Source: a virus
Lineage: Duplodnaviria; Caudoviricetes
Strand: one strand, 5' to 3'
DNA: 64,000 nt
Virus record (IMG/VR): IMGVR_UViG_3300026159_000398
Shown: piece after piece, positions 49,295-56,572 of the stretch
How the letters are laid out: each line of letters begins with the position of its first letter
Position numbering within the stretch: the stretch's first letter is position 1
The notes under the pieces: model-generated
Told to the model about the DNA's origin: nothing
What the model saw: the letters and a program-made list of their open reading frames with translations, nothing else
The model's database searches: none
Program-made: the position numbers and the translations under genes

Positions 49295-49963
49295 TTAGAT
49301 TTTTAATAATTCTGGTAATTCTTTTTCAGTTATAAGTAAAAATTTATTTCCAAATTGTTGTTTGGCTGCTTTTAATTTTGCTTTTGTTTTTAAATCTTTT
49401 AAATAATATACTGATTTAATTTCAATAATAGAATCTTCTCTTGGTAAATAAAAATCAGGATAGTAGTAATGTTCTTGATTTTCAAAAATGTATTTTATTT
49501 TAAATTGATTCGCTCTTTCATAAGGAATTTTGTATTCGTCTAATAACTTCATAAAATTAAGTTCATAAGATGATTGATAAAATATTCCATTATGAAAACC
49601 GTATTTTCCTTTTGCACGTTTATTGTTAGGTGTCCATGCTTCACTAATATGTTTTTTATGTTCTTCAGAAAATGGTTTTTTGGGTTTACCTTTTCTTAAG
49701 ATACTTTTTTGTTGATTGGCTTCTAAAGAGTGTTTGCAGCCTTTAGCATTTTTATTACCAATTTGTGCAAGAGACATTTTTTGTTTTGTGGTTTCAGAAA
49801 ATGGTTTTCTTTTTTTCCCTATATTAGAAAGACTTATTTTTAATTTAGTTTCTTCTGAATGTGGAACTCCAGATTTGCCTTTTTTGGGTGATGGTTTACC
49901 TTTTTTAGCCTCACTCATTTTTCTTTTGGATTTTTCTGACATTTTATATCCTTTATAGCTCAT
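49295..49963 (-). CDS. homing endonuclease, NUMOD3 + PD-(D/E)xK
   Basis: HSEETKLKIS repeats; YYPDFYLP..IIEIK. Confidence 0.8.
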   Translation of the reverse strand: MSYKGYKMSEKSKRKMSEAKKGKPSPKKGKSGVPHSEETKLKISLSNIGKKRKPFSETTKQKMSLAQIGNKNAKGCKHSLEANQQKSILRKGKPKKPFSEEHKKHISEAWTPNNKRAKGKYGFHNGIFYQSSYELNFMKLLDEYKIPYERANQFKIKYIFENQEHYYYPDFYLPREDSIIEIKSVYYLKDLKTKAKLKAAKQQFGNKFLLITEKELPELLKI

Positions 49964-50158
49964 AATTGTTTCCTTAGAGTATTGTAATTATTGCACCATA
50001 ATTTTTAAAATGATCAATAATATTCTCAAAATGTTTGCCAAGAGTCCATTGAGCAATATCAGGTGCTCCAGTGATTATTGTATTTTCTTCCTTTAAAACG
50101 AAATATTTTCCATCTGGCATCTTCACTGAAAACAACCGCATACGCGCCTCCACGAATG

Positions 50159-50231
50159 GGAGAATATCGAGACTCGAACTCGAACTGCTAGGGTCACGAC
50201 CTAGGGTGCTAACCATTACACCATACTCTCC
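50159..50231 (-). tRNA. tRNA-His(GTG)
   Basis: G-1:C73; loop UCGUGAC. Confidence 0.9.
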
Positions 50232-50288
50232 ATATGCAAGTCACGTAAAACGTGACAAGAACCATTTGTACACATGGTACATTGGATG

Positions 50289-50360
50289 TGGGCCCATAGA
50301 GAATCGAACTCTACTCAATCGGTTAAAAGCCGATTGCTTCGCCAACAAAGCTTTGAGCCC
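50289..50360 (-). tRNA. tRNA-Lys(TTT)
   Basis: Loop CUUUUAA. Confidence 0.9.
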
Positions 50361-50436
50361 AAAATGATTTACTCTTTTTTTAGAGAGGCAGTTAATCTCA
50401 TTCCTCTACACGATTAAAGCTAATGCGTACTATATG

Positions 50437-50523
50437 CGGATGACCAGAGATTCGAACTCTGAGAGCCTTTCGACCCGCTTGTTTTCAAGACAAGTCCCCG
50501 CACCCACTGGGGTCAAGCCATCC
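50437..50523 (-). tRNA. tRNA-Ser(TGA)
   Basis: Loop CUUGAAA; long variable arm; G73. Confidence 0.9.
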
Positions 50524-50668
50524 ATAAATACTGAGTGACCATAATATAAAGGTTGTCTCGAGATCTCTTTATACCACACATTTTTACCCCAATGTGCCGG
50601 ATATATCATCTTGATGGTCAAAATTTTTCTTGCGTCTAGTTCGGAAGAAAAATTTTCTTTACTCATTT

Positions 50669-50755
50669 CGGAGCCGAGAGGATTCGAACCTCTGTAGGAG
50701 TTACCCATACAACAGTTTAGCAAACTGTCCACTTACCTGGCTAGTGTACGACTCC
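50669..50755 (-). tRNA. tRNA-Ser(GCT)
   Basis: Loop UUGCUAA; long variable arm. Confidence 0.9.
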
Positions 50756-50770
50756 ATTCACAACTTAAAA

Positions 50771-50902
50771 GAGAAAATATAAATGAGGGACCGATATAGA
50801 TTATGTGTTTATATCTGGCAGGTTCACCCACAGGCATCTTATCTACGAGCTATGTCTCTCACCAGCTGCCAACCTCTAACATAGATCACTTTACATTTTC
50901 TC
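50771..50902 (-). ncRNA. unassigned structured RNA (~132 nt)
   Basis: Closing stem GAGAAAAUGUAAA / UUUAUAUUUUCUC plus inner stems. Confidence 0.5.
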
Positions 50903-50905
50903 ATG

Positions 50906-50979
50906 AGACGCGGATGGGACTCGAACCCACACAAAACAGTTTTGCAGACTGACCCATTATTCCATTCTGGTACCGCGTC
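50906..50979 (-). tRNA. tRNA-Cys(GCA)
   Basis: Loop CUGCAAA; U73. Confidence 0.9.
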
Positions 50980-52705
50980 ATGAATAATCTACTTCACTGA
51001 ATTTGAATCCTTTGTTTTGAAATAGATCAATACAAATATCAACTAATTCAGCATTATATTTTGTGCCTCTGCCATCGCGTAATTCTTGAATAGCAATATC
51101 AATTCCGAGAGCCGGACGATATGGTCTATGAGAAGCGATAGCTTCAACAATATCTGCAATACAAATAATTTGTGCACCTAAAAGAATTTGATTTTCTTTT
51201 AATCCTTGTGGATATCCCGAGCCGTCTATTTTTTCATGGTGCTGATAAATCATTTCAGCAATTGGCCAAGGAAAATCAATCTTCTTTAAAATATCATAAC
51301 CATCTTTTGCGTGCATTTGAATCAATTGAAATTCAATGCTATTAAGAGATGATGGTTTTGCAAGCAATTCAGATGGAACTCCAAGTTTTCCAATATCATG
51401 AATACTGGCTGCGAGTTCTATTCCTTGAATATCTTCAAAATCAAGACCTTTGGCTTTGGCTATCTCTTTCGCAAGTTCTGCAACTCGCAATTGATGGCCT
51501 GCAGTATAAGAGTCTCGAGTATCAACAACCAATCCAAGAGCTTGAATAATACCACTCAACGTTCTTTGAAGTTTATATTCAGCTTCTTTTTTCGAAGTAA
51601 CATCAATCGAAAAATTCAATGTTGCTGGCTTGCCTTTCCATTCAACGCGTGAAGAAGTTATTTCAACCCATTTAATATTACCACGAGTATCTTGTACTCG
51701 AAAAGCGTAATTAGTTGGGACATCTTCTCCGTTTAATCTGCGTTGATATCGATCAAAAACAAAACCTAAATCTTCTTTATAAATAACTTCAGATACTTTT
51801 TTATTGGCAATAATTTCTTCTGGCGGACATTCCATCAATTTTCCGAATGCCGGATTTGCCAATGTAAAACCATCTTCTTGTGCAACAAAAATTGCTATTG
51901 GTGCGTCTTTAAAAAGTCGAACATAATCTTCTTCGGTCTTTTTCTTTTCTGTAATGTCAATACCAAACGACAACGTTCCAATAACTTTTTCAATAACCTT
52001 TACAAGAGTATTGCGCCAAAGAATGTATTTTTCTTGTCCGTCTTTGGTTAATATGGGATTTTCGAATTCGTATGGAATTCCCTTTTCTGTCAGTCTGTCA
52101 AACTGTTCCCATATTTCTGGATATTTTTCTCTCGGAACAAAAATTTCAAGAACTTTTTTATTCTTTACTTCATCAAACTTATACCCAGTAATTTCTTCAG
52201 CTGCTTTATTAAAAATAACGGCTCTTGCGTTATGATCAAGCATGAGAATCATTGTATTAGCGTGTTGAATTAAATCATCTGCAAATTCTTTTGCTAATCG
52301 CAGTTCTCTTTCTGTCTGCTTGGCGACTGTAACATCATGAATGATTCCTAACAAAAATTCTTCTTCAGCGATTTCAATTCGCGTCAAGAATATTTCTGTC
52401 TCAATCATCTTTCCTTCAAAATCAATACAAGTCCAATCATATTGTTGATTTTCAATTTGAGCAACTTGAATGATGCACTTACATTTATCTTCCGATAATT
52501 GTCCGTCTTTTTGATATTTTGGAGAAAGTTGTACAGGTGTTAAACCAATCAAATCCTCTCTTTGACATTTAAACATCTTTTCTGCTTGAGGATTGCAATC
52601 GACTATCATGTCACCCGCAAGAATTAAAATAGCGTTTGGTGTTTTATCAAACAGCAAACGATATCGTTGCTCTGATTCGAGCAACTTCTTTTTCAGCTGT
52701 TCCAT
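50978..52705 (-). CDS. PAS-PAS-PAS / HD-GYP cyclic-dinucleotide phosphodiesterase
   Basis: Three PAS repeats (N..AE..F/TG; DIT/DVT); YTAGHQ, IHDIGK, HHEKIDGSGYPQGL, RPYR. Confidence 0.92.
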   Translation of the reverse strand: MEQLKKKLLESEQRYRLLFDKTPNAILILAGDMIVDCNPQAEKMFKCQREDLIGLTPVQLSPKYQKDGQLSEDKCKCIIQVAQIENQQYDWTCIDFEGKMIETEIFLTRIEIAEEEFLLGIIHDVTVAKQTERELRLAKEFADDLIQHANTMILMLDHNARAVIFNKAAEEITGYKFDEVKNKKVLEIFVPREKYPEIWEQFDRLTEKGIPYEFENPILTKDGQEKYILWRNTLVKVIEKVIGTLSFGIDITEKKKTEEDYVRLFKDAPIAIFVAQEDGFTLANPAFGKLMECPPEEIIANKKVSEVIYKEDLGFVFDRYQRRLNGEDVPTNYAFRVQDTRGNIKWVEITSSRVEWKGKPATLNFSIDVTSKKEAEYKLQRTLSGIIQALGLVVDTRDSYTAGHQLRVAELAKEIAKAKGLDFEDIQGIELAASIHDIGKLGVPSELLAKPSSLNSIEFQLIQMHAKDGYDILKKIDFPWPIAEMIYQHHEKIDGSGYPQGLKENQILLGAQIICIADIVEAIASHRPYRPALGIDIAIQELRDGRGTKYNAELVDICIDLFQNKGFKFSEVDYS

Positions 52706-52774
52706 TTATTTTCCCTTAATAAAAATTGGTGTCAATTATATATTAAGTCGAAATTTATAAATGGAACAGAAAAT

Positions 52775-52847
52775 TAGGGCTACGGAGGTTTGAACTCCGA
52801 TCGTCAGGTTGAAAACCTGATGTCCTCACCAATTAAACGATAGCCCC
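52775..52847 (-). tRNA. tRNA-Glu(TTC)
   Basis: Loop UUUUCAA. Confidence 0.9.
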
Positions 52848-52849
52848 AT

Positions 52850-52953
52850 TGGCGGGGTCAGGAGTGTTTGAGCCTCCATCTCCTCTCACGGACGAGAGGT
52901 GTTTTAGTATGGCACGCTTGACATGCCAGGCCGGCCAATTAAACTACAACCCC
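52850..52953 (-). ncRNA. aberrant tRNA-Asp-like RNA with D-loop hairpin insertion
   Basis: GGGGUUG/UGACCCC-G-CCA acceptor; 8-nt loop CGUCCGUG; degenerate T loop. Confidence 0.6.
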
Positions 52954-52958
52954 ATAAT

Positions 52959-53030
52959 TGGGGTGAATGGGAGGATTCCCTCCATTTCAGGACCCGCTGT
53001 CCTGTGTCCTAGGGTTAGACGACATTCACC
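52959..53030 (-). ncRNA. aberrant tRNA-like RNA (8-bp His-type acceptor, GCG at the anticodon position, 4-nt T loop)
   Basis: GGUGAAUG/CAUUCACC-CCA; CAGGA-CAGCGGG-UCCUG; GGAGG-GAAU-CCUCC. Confidence 0.6.
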
Positions 53031-53033
53031 ATG

Positions 53034-53106
53034 TCTACGACCTGGGAGTCGAACCCAGATTTTTCTCCACCCCAAATGGAGTACCATTCCGCTAGGCGAG
53101 TCGTAG
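53034..53106 (-). tRNA. tRNA-Pro(TGG)
   Basis: Loop UUUGGGG; C1:G72, A73. Confidence 0.85.
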
Positions 53107-53110
53107 TTAT

Positions 53111-53181
53111 TTGTCCCTAAAGGAATTGAACCTTTACTGTGGGGGCCAAAACCCCATGTCTTACCGTTAGACGAAGGGACA
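53111..53181 (-). tRNA. tRNA-Gln(TTG)
   Basis: U1:A72; loop UUUUGGC. Confidence 0.9.
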
Positions 53182-53187
53182 ATGTTT

Positions 53188-53269
53188 GATGAAGAGCGGT
53201 CCGGTTTGCTACTAGCTACCATACGGCAACCTTCAAATGCATCCTTTGGGGCCTTGATTATTCTTCATC
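53188..53269 (-). ncRNA. unassigned tRNA-sized structured RNA
   Basis: GAUGAAGA/UCUUCAUC closing stem with two inner hairpins. Confidence 0.45.
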
Positions 53270-53272
53270 GAT

Positions 53273-53352
53273 TAGCCCACCCCAGATTCGAACTGGGACG
53301 CCGAAGCACAGGGTCTAGACCTGCTAGATAGACCAGATTCTCTTAGTGGGCC
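53273..53352 (-). tRNA. tRNA-Leu(TAG)
   Basis: Loop UCUAGAC. Confidence 0.88.
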
Positions 53353-53360
53353 GTAAAAAT

Positions 53361-53441
53361 TCGGGATACTCGGATTCGAACCGAGACGCAATTAAGCACT
53401 GGGTTTAAGCCAGCTGGATAGACCTATTCTCCTATACCCCG
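53361..53441 (-). tRNA. tRNA-Leu(TAA)
   Basis: Loop CUUAAAC. Confidence 0.9.
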
Positions 53442-53445
53442 TAAT

Positions 53446-53521
53446 TCGTGATGAAGAGATTTGAACTCTTACTGAATACGCTCTCAACGTATTTCCTCTA
53501 CCAAAATTGGGATACATCACG
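53446..53521 (-). tRNA. tRNA-Leu(GAG) with short variable loop
   Basis: AUACG-UUGAGAG-CGUAU; 5-nt variable region. Confidence 0.8.
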
Positions 53522-53604
53522 TTAATGCGACGCACTTTTGTTACTGTGATCAGCAGTTTTTTGTTTGTGCGCCTTATCGCTTTTACCGTGCGACAATTGC
53601 AATG

Positions 53605-53676
53605 TGGGTTGTCAAGGATTTGAACCTTGCCCTGCGATTTTACAGACCGGCGTGCCACCAGCAACACTTACAACCC
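53605..53676 (-). tRNA. tRNA-Tyr(GTA) with short variable loop
   Basis: Loop CUGUAAA; 4-nt variable region. Confidence 0.8.
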
Positions 53677-53681
53677 AAATG

Positions 53682-53752
53682 AGCATTCGACCAGAATTGA
53701 ACTGGCATCTCAGCGTTGGCAACACCGAATTCTACCATTAAACTACGAATGC
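53682..53752 (-). tRNA. tRNA-Gly(GCC)
   Basis: Loop UUGCCAA; U73. Confidence 0.9.
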
Positions 53753-53756
53753 AAAA

Positions 53757-53880
53757 CGTACTGGCGATAGGAATCGAACCTATACCGTCATCTTTTAAGG
53801 GTGATAATCAATCTCTGTCCGTACCAGTTTGGTCTAATGTGTAGAAATTGAGTTTTACGCTTTACCAAAAGCGCCAGTAC
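53757..53880 (-). ncRNA. tRNA / Y RNA hybrid (Ro-binding module at the anticodon position)
   Basis: Acceptor ACUGGCG/CGCCAGU, T arm AUAGG-UUCGAUU-CCUAU, internal UAGACCA-AAC-UGGUACGGA..AUUGA-UUAUC. Confidence 0.75.
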
Positions 53881-53884
53881 TATG

Positions 53885-53956
53885 AGCGGGAAAAGGGATT
53901 CGAACCCTCAACGATCAGTTTGGAAAACTGAGCTTCTACCATTGAATTATTCCCGC
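53885..53956 (-). tRNA. tRNA-Gly(TCC)
   Basis: Loop UUUCCAA; U73. Confidence 0.9.
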
Positions 53957-53958
53957 AT

Positions 53959-53990
53959 AATAAAAATGCCCCTCTTTGTGGGAGGGGCAT
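53959..53990 (-). terminator. attenuator terminator upstream of the tRNA array
   Basis: AUGCCCCUC-CCACAAA-GAGGGGCAU-UUUUAUU, 2 nt before tRNA-Gly. Confidence 0.8.
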
Positions 53991-54025
53991 CATTCCGATT
54001 TTAAAATTTAACACCAATTAAAACA

Positions 54026-54118
54026 TCACGGATGACATGCCCCAACCTGTCCTGGGAGAATCTGACCTTCCAGACTTGAGGGTTGATAAAAACGTTTATG
54101 TAAGGAACATATCATCAT
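54026..54118 (-). CDS. 30-aa leader peptide MMICSLHKRFYQPSSLEGQILPGQVGACHP
   Basis: Follows the TAATATAAT promoter (54136-54144) and an AGGU SD; last codons form an antiterminator strand. Confidence 0.75.
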   Translation of the reverse strand: MMICSLHKRFYQPSSLEGQILPGQVGACHP

Positions 54119-54135
54119 TTTGAATTACCTATAGA

Positions 54136-54144
54136 ATTATATTA
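54136..54144 (-). promoter_or_regulatory. recurrent phage promoter motif (T)AATATAAT (example copy)
   Basis: Same motif just upstream of genes or RNAs at ~6997, 10880(+), 18831, 18881(+), 18939(+), 25471, 27538, 31451, 36791, 38959, 42841, 44402, 45357, 46698, 49268, 52736, 57255, 59255, 59477. Confidence 0.75.
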
Positions 54145-54172
54145 TTGCACTTTGAAATTTATTTATAAAAAT

Positions 54173-54448
54173 TTACGCTACTTCTAAAAATTGTGCGTCC
54201 TCTCTGTCTTTTTGTTTTAACTCGGCATTTGAAAGAGGACGCTTACCAAATGCTCTTGTTTTACATGATTCACATCCACAAGATAATGGGTGGTGTTTTT
54301 TGTAATGACCTTTAAAATCTGCAAGAAACTTTTCGCCGTTAAGCGTGTTAAATTTTTCTGGCATCTTGATTTCGTCTTTCATTACATGATAACGTTTTTC
54401 GGTGATGCGTTTATTCTGGTGTCTTTTGTACGCTATTCCACGTCCCAT
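54173..54448 (-). CDS. small basic protein (H..CGCESC)
   Basis: GAGG SD; ORF track. Confidence 0.55.
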   Translation of the reverse strand: MGRGIAYKRHQNKRITEKRYHVMKDEIKMPEKFNTLNGEKFLADFKGHYKKHHPLSCGCESCKTRAFGKRPLSNAELKQKDREDAQFLEVA

Positions 54449-54454
54449 AAGACC

Positions 54455-54891
54455 TCACAAATAATTTTTGTAAAAGCTAATATAGCCTAAAGTCACTCCC
54501 CAATAATATCCAGTATTTTGTTGCTCAACTTCATCAACACATCTAATGAATCTGAATTGAGGTAAATAGAGAATATTTGGTTTTTCAAAAATTTGTTCTA
54601 TTTCAATGGTATATCGTTTTTTAAAAATATCTTTTGAATACATACTCATTCCTATTTTTTATTCAAGACTCTATACCACGAAAGTCTTCCATTTGAACCA
54701 CAACTATGATAAATTACAGTGTCTTTGCAAACAATATAATAATGATTGTATTCACCTTTAATGTCCAAGCCCCATATTTCGCATTCAGGAAACATAGTCT
54801 TTAGTATTTTGACATTTTTATCCCATTGTGGTTTGTCATTACCGCAAGCCAAAAACATCAGAAACACAAGACATAAAAATATTTTTTTCAT
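54455..54891 (-). other. two small genes (54455-54649; 54652-54891 putative lipoprotein, FLAC)
   Basis: Coupled ORFs with SD sequences. Confidence 0.5.
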
Positions 54892-55060
54892 TTTTCACTC
54901 CTTCCATCATTTGCTCTCAATAATTCAAGCTCCTCAAGAAGAGGTTTAATGTCTTGAAATTTTACCAGAGTATTGTCGTCATCTGGTTTTGCCTTAAATA
55001 AAGCTACATCAGGATTCCAATAATATTGGGGCACTTGTATCATCACTCACTCCTTTAATG

Positions 55061-55134
55061 TCGGGGCGAAAGGATTTGAACCTTCGACCACATGTTCCCA
55101 AAACACGTGCGCTACCAGACTGCGCTACGCCCCG
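55061..55134 (-). tRNA. tRNA-Pro(TGG), second copy
   Basis: CGGGGCG acceptor; loop UUUGGGA. Confidence 0.9.
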
Positions 55135-55308
55135 AAAATGACCAATGCAATTAAAGCCAATGCTGCTAAGATATACAAAAATAAAATGAATTTTATTTCC
55201 ATTTCTTTTCGTGCAATTCGACACTCCAACCACTCTGCTATCTGATGAAACGCCGATTCTTCTGGCTCTTCATGAATTGGTATTCTTGCTACTTTTTTAG
55301 TAGGCACT

Positions 55309-55554
55309 TTAGTTAGAGCTACCTTTAAAAAGTATTCCGCAAAGCCAACTGAGAAGAACCGCATGCCACCATCCGATTTCGCCGATGATGAATCCTTTAA
55401 CTACTATGCCAGGAAGAACAAAAGGCACTACATACGGCCATATCAGCCATACAAGCGTTCCAGCAAAAACCGCTACAATGAAAAGAAGCACTAATGCTAC
55501 AACGGCCGCTCCTACACCAGCAATAAGCTTGGCAATAAAATCACTCATTCGCAT
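55309..55554 (-). CDS. small membrane protein
   Basis: Highly hydrophobic; AGGAG SD. Confidence 0.55.
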   Translation of the reverse strand: MRMSDFIAKLIAGVGAAVVALVLLFIVAVFAGTLVWLIWPYVVPFVLPGIVVKGFIIGEIGWWHAVLLSWLCGILFKGSSN

Positions 55555-55701
55555 ACTCCTTAAATTTATTTACAACTCTTAAAGCATTCAAGTTGTTGTT
55601 GCTGTATTTCAATAGTCGAATTCTTTACTGAATTATTGCAAAATTGGACAATATTAGCCAGTAATAGCACACTCACAACAACCAATAAAATTCGTTTCAT
55701 T

Positions 55702-56049
55702 TTATATTTCCTTTTCAAAAAGTTGCTTTAGAATTGGACTTTGCCAACCAAAAAGTTTCACATGACGATTGATACAATAAAGAGTTACTTTTTTCCAACC
55801 TTCAAGTTCATTGTCTTCAAGATCATGCCACATAAGAAGTGGTCGTAAGACTTGAACGAGCGTAAATGTCCGTTTGCCGTAATATGAGTCTTCAGTTTTC
55901 TGTGTGATTTTGGTTACTTTTCCAAAATTCATCCACAATGAACTTCCAGTACGGCCAGGATATGTGATGACATCTCCGACTTTTACGTCATTGCCACAAC
56001 AATCTTTATAACTTTCGAGTTGAACAATAATGTCCTCTTTCATACTCAC
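55702..56049 (-). CDS. hypothetical protein (D..G..VKVGD.I)
   Basis: AGGAG SD. Confidence 0.55.
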   Translation of the reverse strand: MSMKEDIIVQLESYKDCCGNDVKVGDVITYPGRTGSSLWMNFGKVTKITQKTEDSYYGKRTFTLVQVLRPLLMWHDLEDNELEGWKKVTLYCINRHVKLFGWQSPILKQLFEKEI

Positions 56050-56059
56050 TCCTTTAATG

Positions 56060-56131
56060 TAGAGTCGGAGAGACTTGAACTCTCATCCTACTGCTTGTAG
56101 GGCAGCCGCTCCGCCATTGAGCTACGACTCT
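56060..56131 (-). tRNA. tRNA-Val(TAC)
   Basis: Loop CCUACAA. Confidence 0.9.
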
Positions 56132-56165
56132 GTGTGGCCGTTAGTTGACGGCCAGTTTACAATAA

Positions 56166-56471
56166 TTATTTTACGAGTTTTTTTCTCTGCTTGTCAGTCA
56201 GAACTTTATCCATTGCTTTAACTTGTTTTTCAAGATCAGCAATTTCGACTTTCAAACCTTTCATTGCAGCTTGTTTTTCTTCAAGCTGAACTTTGACGCT
56301 TTCTGTTTTCTTCATTTGAATTTTGCATCCAGTGACTCCACCGAATGTCATGCCAGCGAAAAATATCAGAGCAGCGAGAGCGCCGTAAATGACAACCTTA
56401 CCAATCTTCGTTGCTTTGAAAGCTACGAATTTGGCTTTTGCGGCCGCAAAAAATGCTTTAACTTTTTCCAT
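56166..56471 (-). CDS. TM + coiled-coil protein
   Basis: Hydrophobic helix followed by heptads. Confidence 0.55.
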   Translation of the reverse strand: MEKVKAFFAAAKAKFVAFKATKIGKVVIYGALAALIFFAGMTFGGVTGCKIQMKKTESVKVQLEEKQAAMKGLKVEIADLEKQVKAMDKVLTDKQRKKLVK

Positions 56472-56497
56472 TGTTCACTCCTTGTTTTTTTAAACTG

Positions 56498-56572
56498 CGG
56501 GGCATACGGGACTCGAACCCGTGATGATTCCTCCGTGACAGGGAGGTGGCATTGCCGCTAGCCCAATACCCC
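56498..56572 (-). tRNA. tRNA-Asp(GTC)
   Basis: Loop CUGUCAC; G73. Confidence 0.9.

Noticed and set aside
53230-53256. SRP RNA helix-8 resemblance (AAGGCCCCAAAGGAUGCA)
   Set aside because: Lacks the GNRA tetraloop and long SRP stem; similarity too short to call.
50430-53667. ORFs 50430-50732, 52849-53106, 52944-53222 and 53392-53667 (also 35455-35955, 44441-44656)
   Set aside because: They run across tRNA or tmRNA genes and are best explained as incidental frames.
53959-54144. T-box riboswitch explanation for the tRNA leader
   Set aside because: No UGGNACC T-box bulge or stem I; the uORF/antiterminator geometry fits ribosome-mediated attenuation better.
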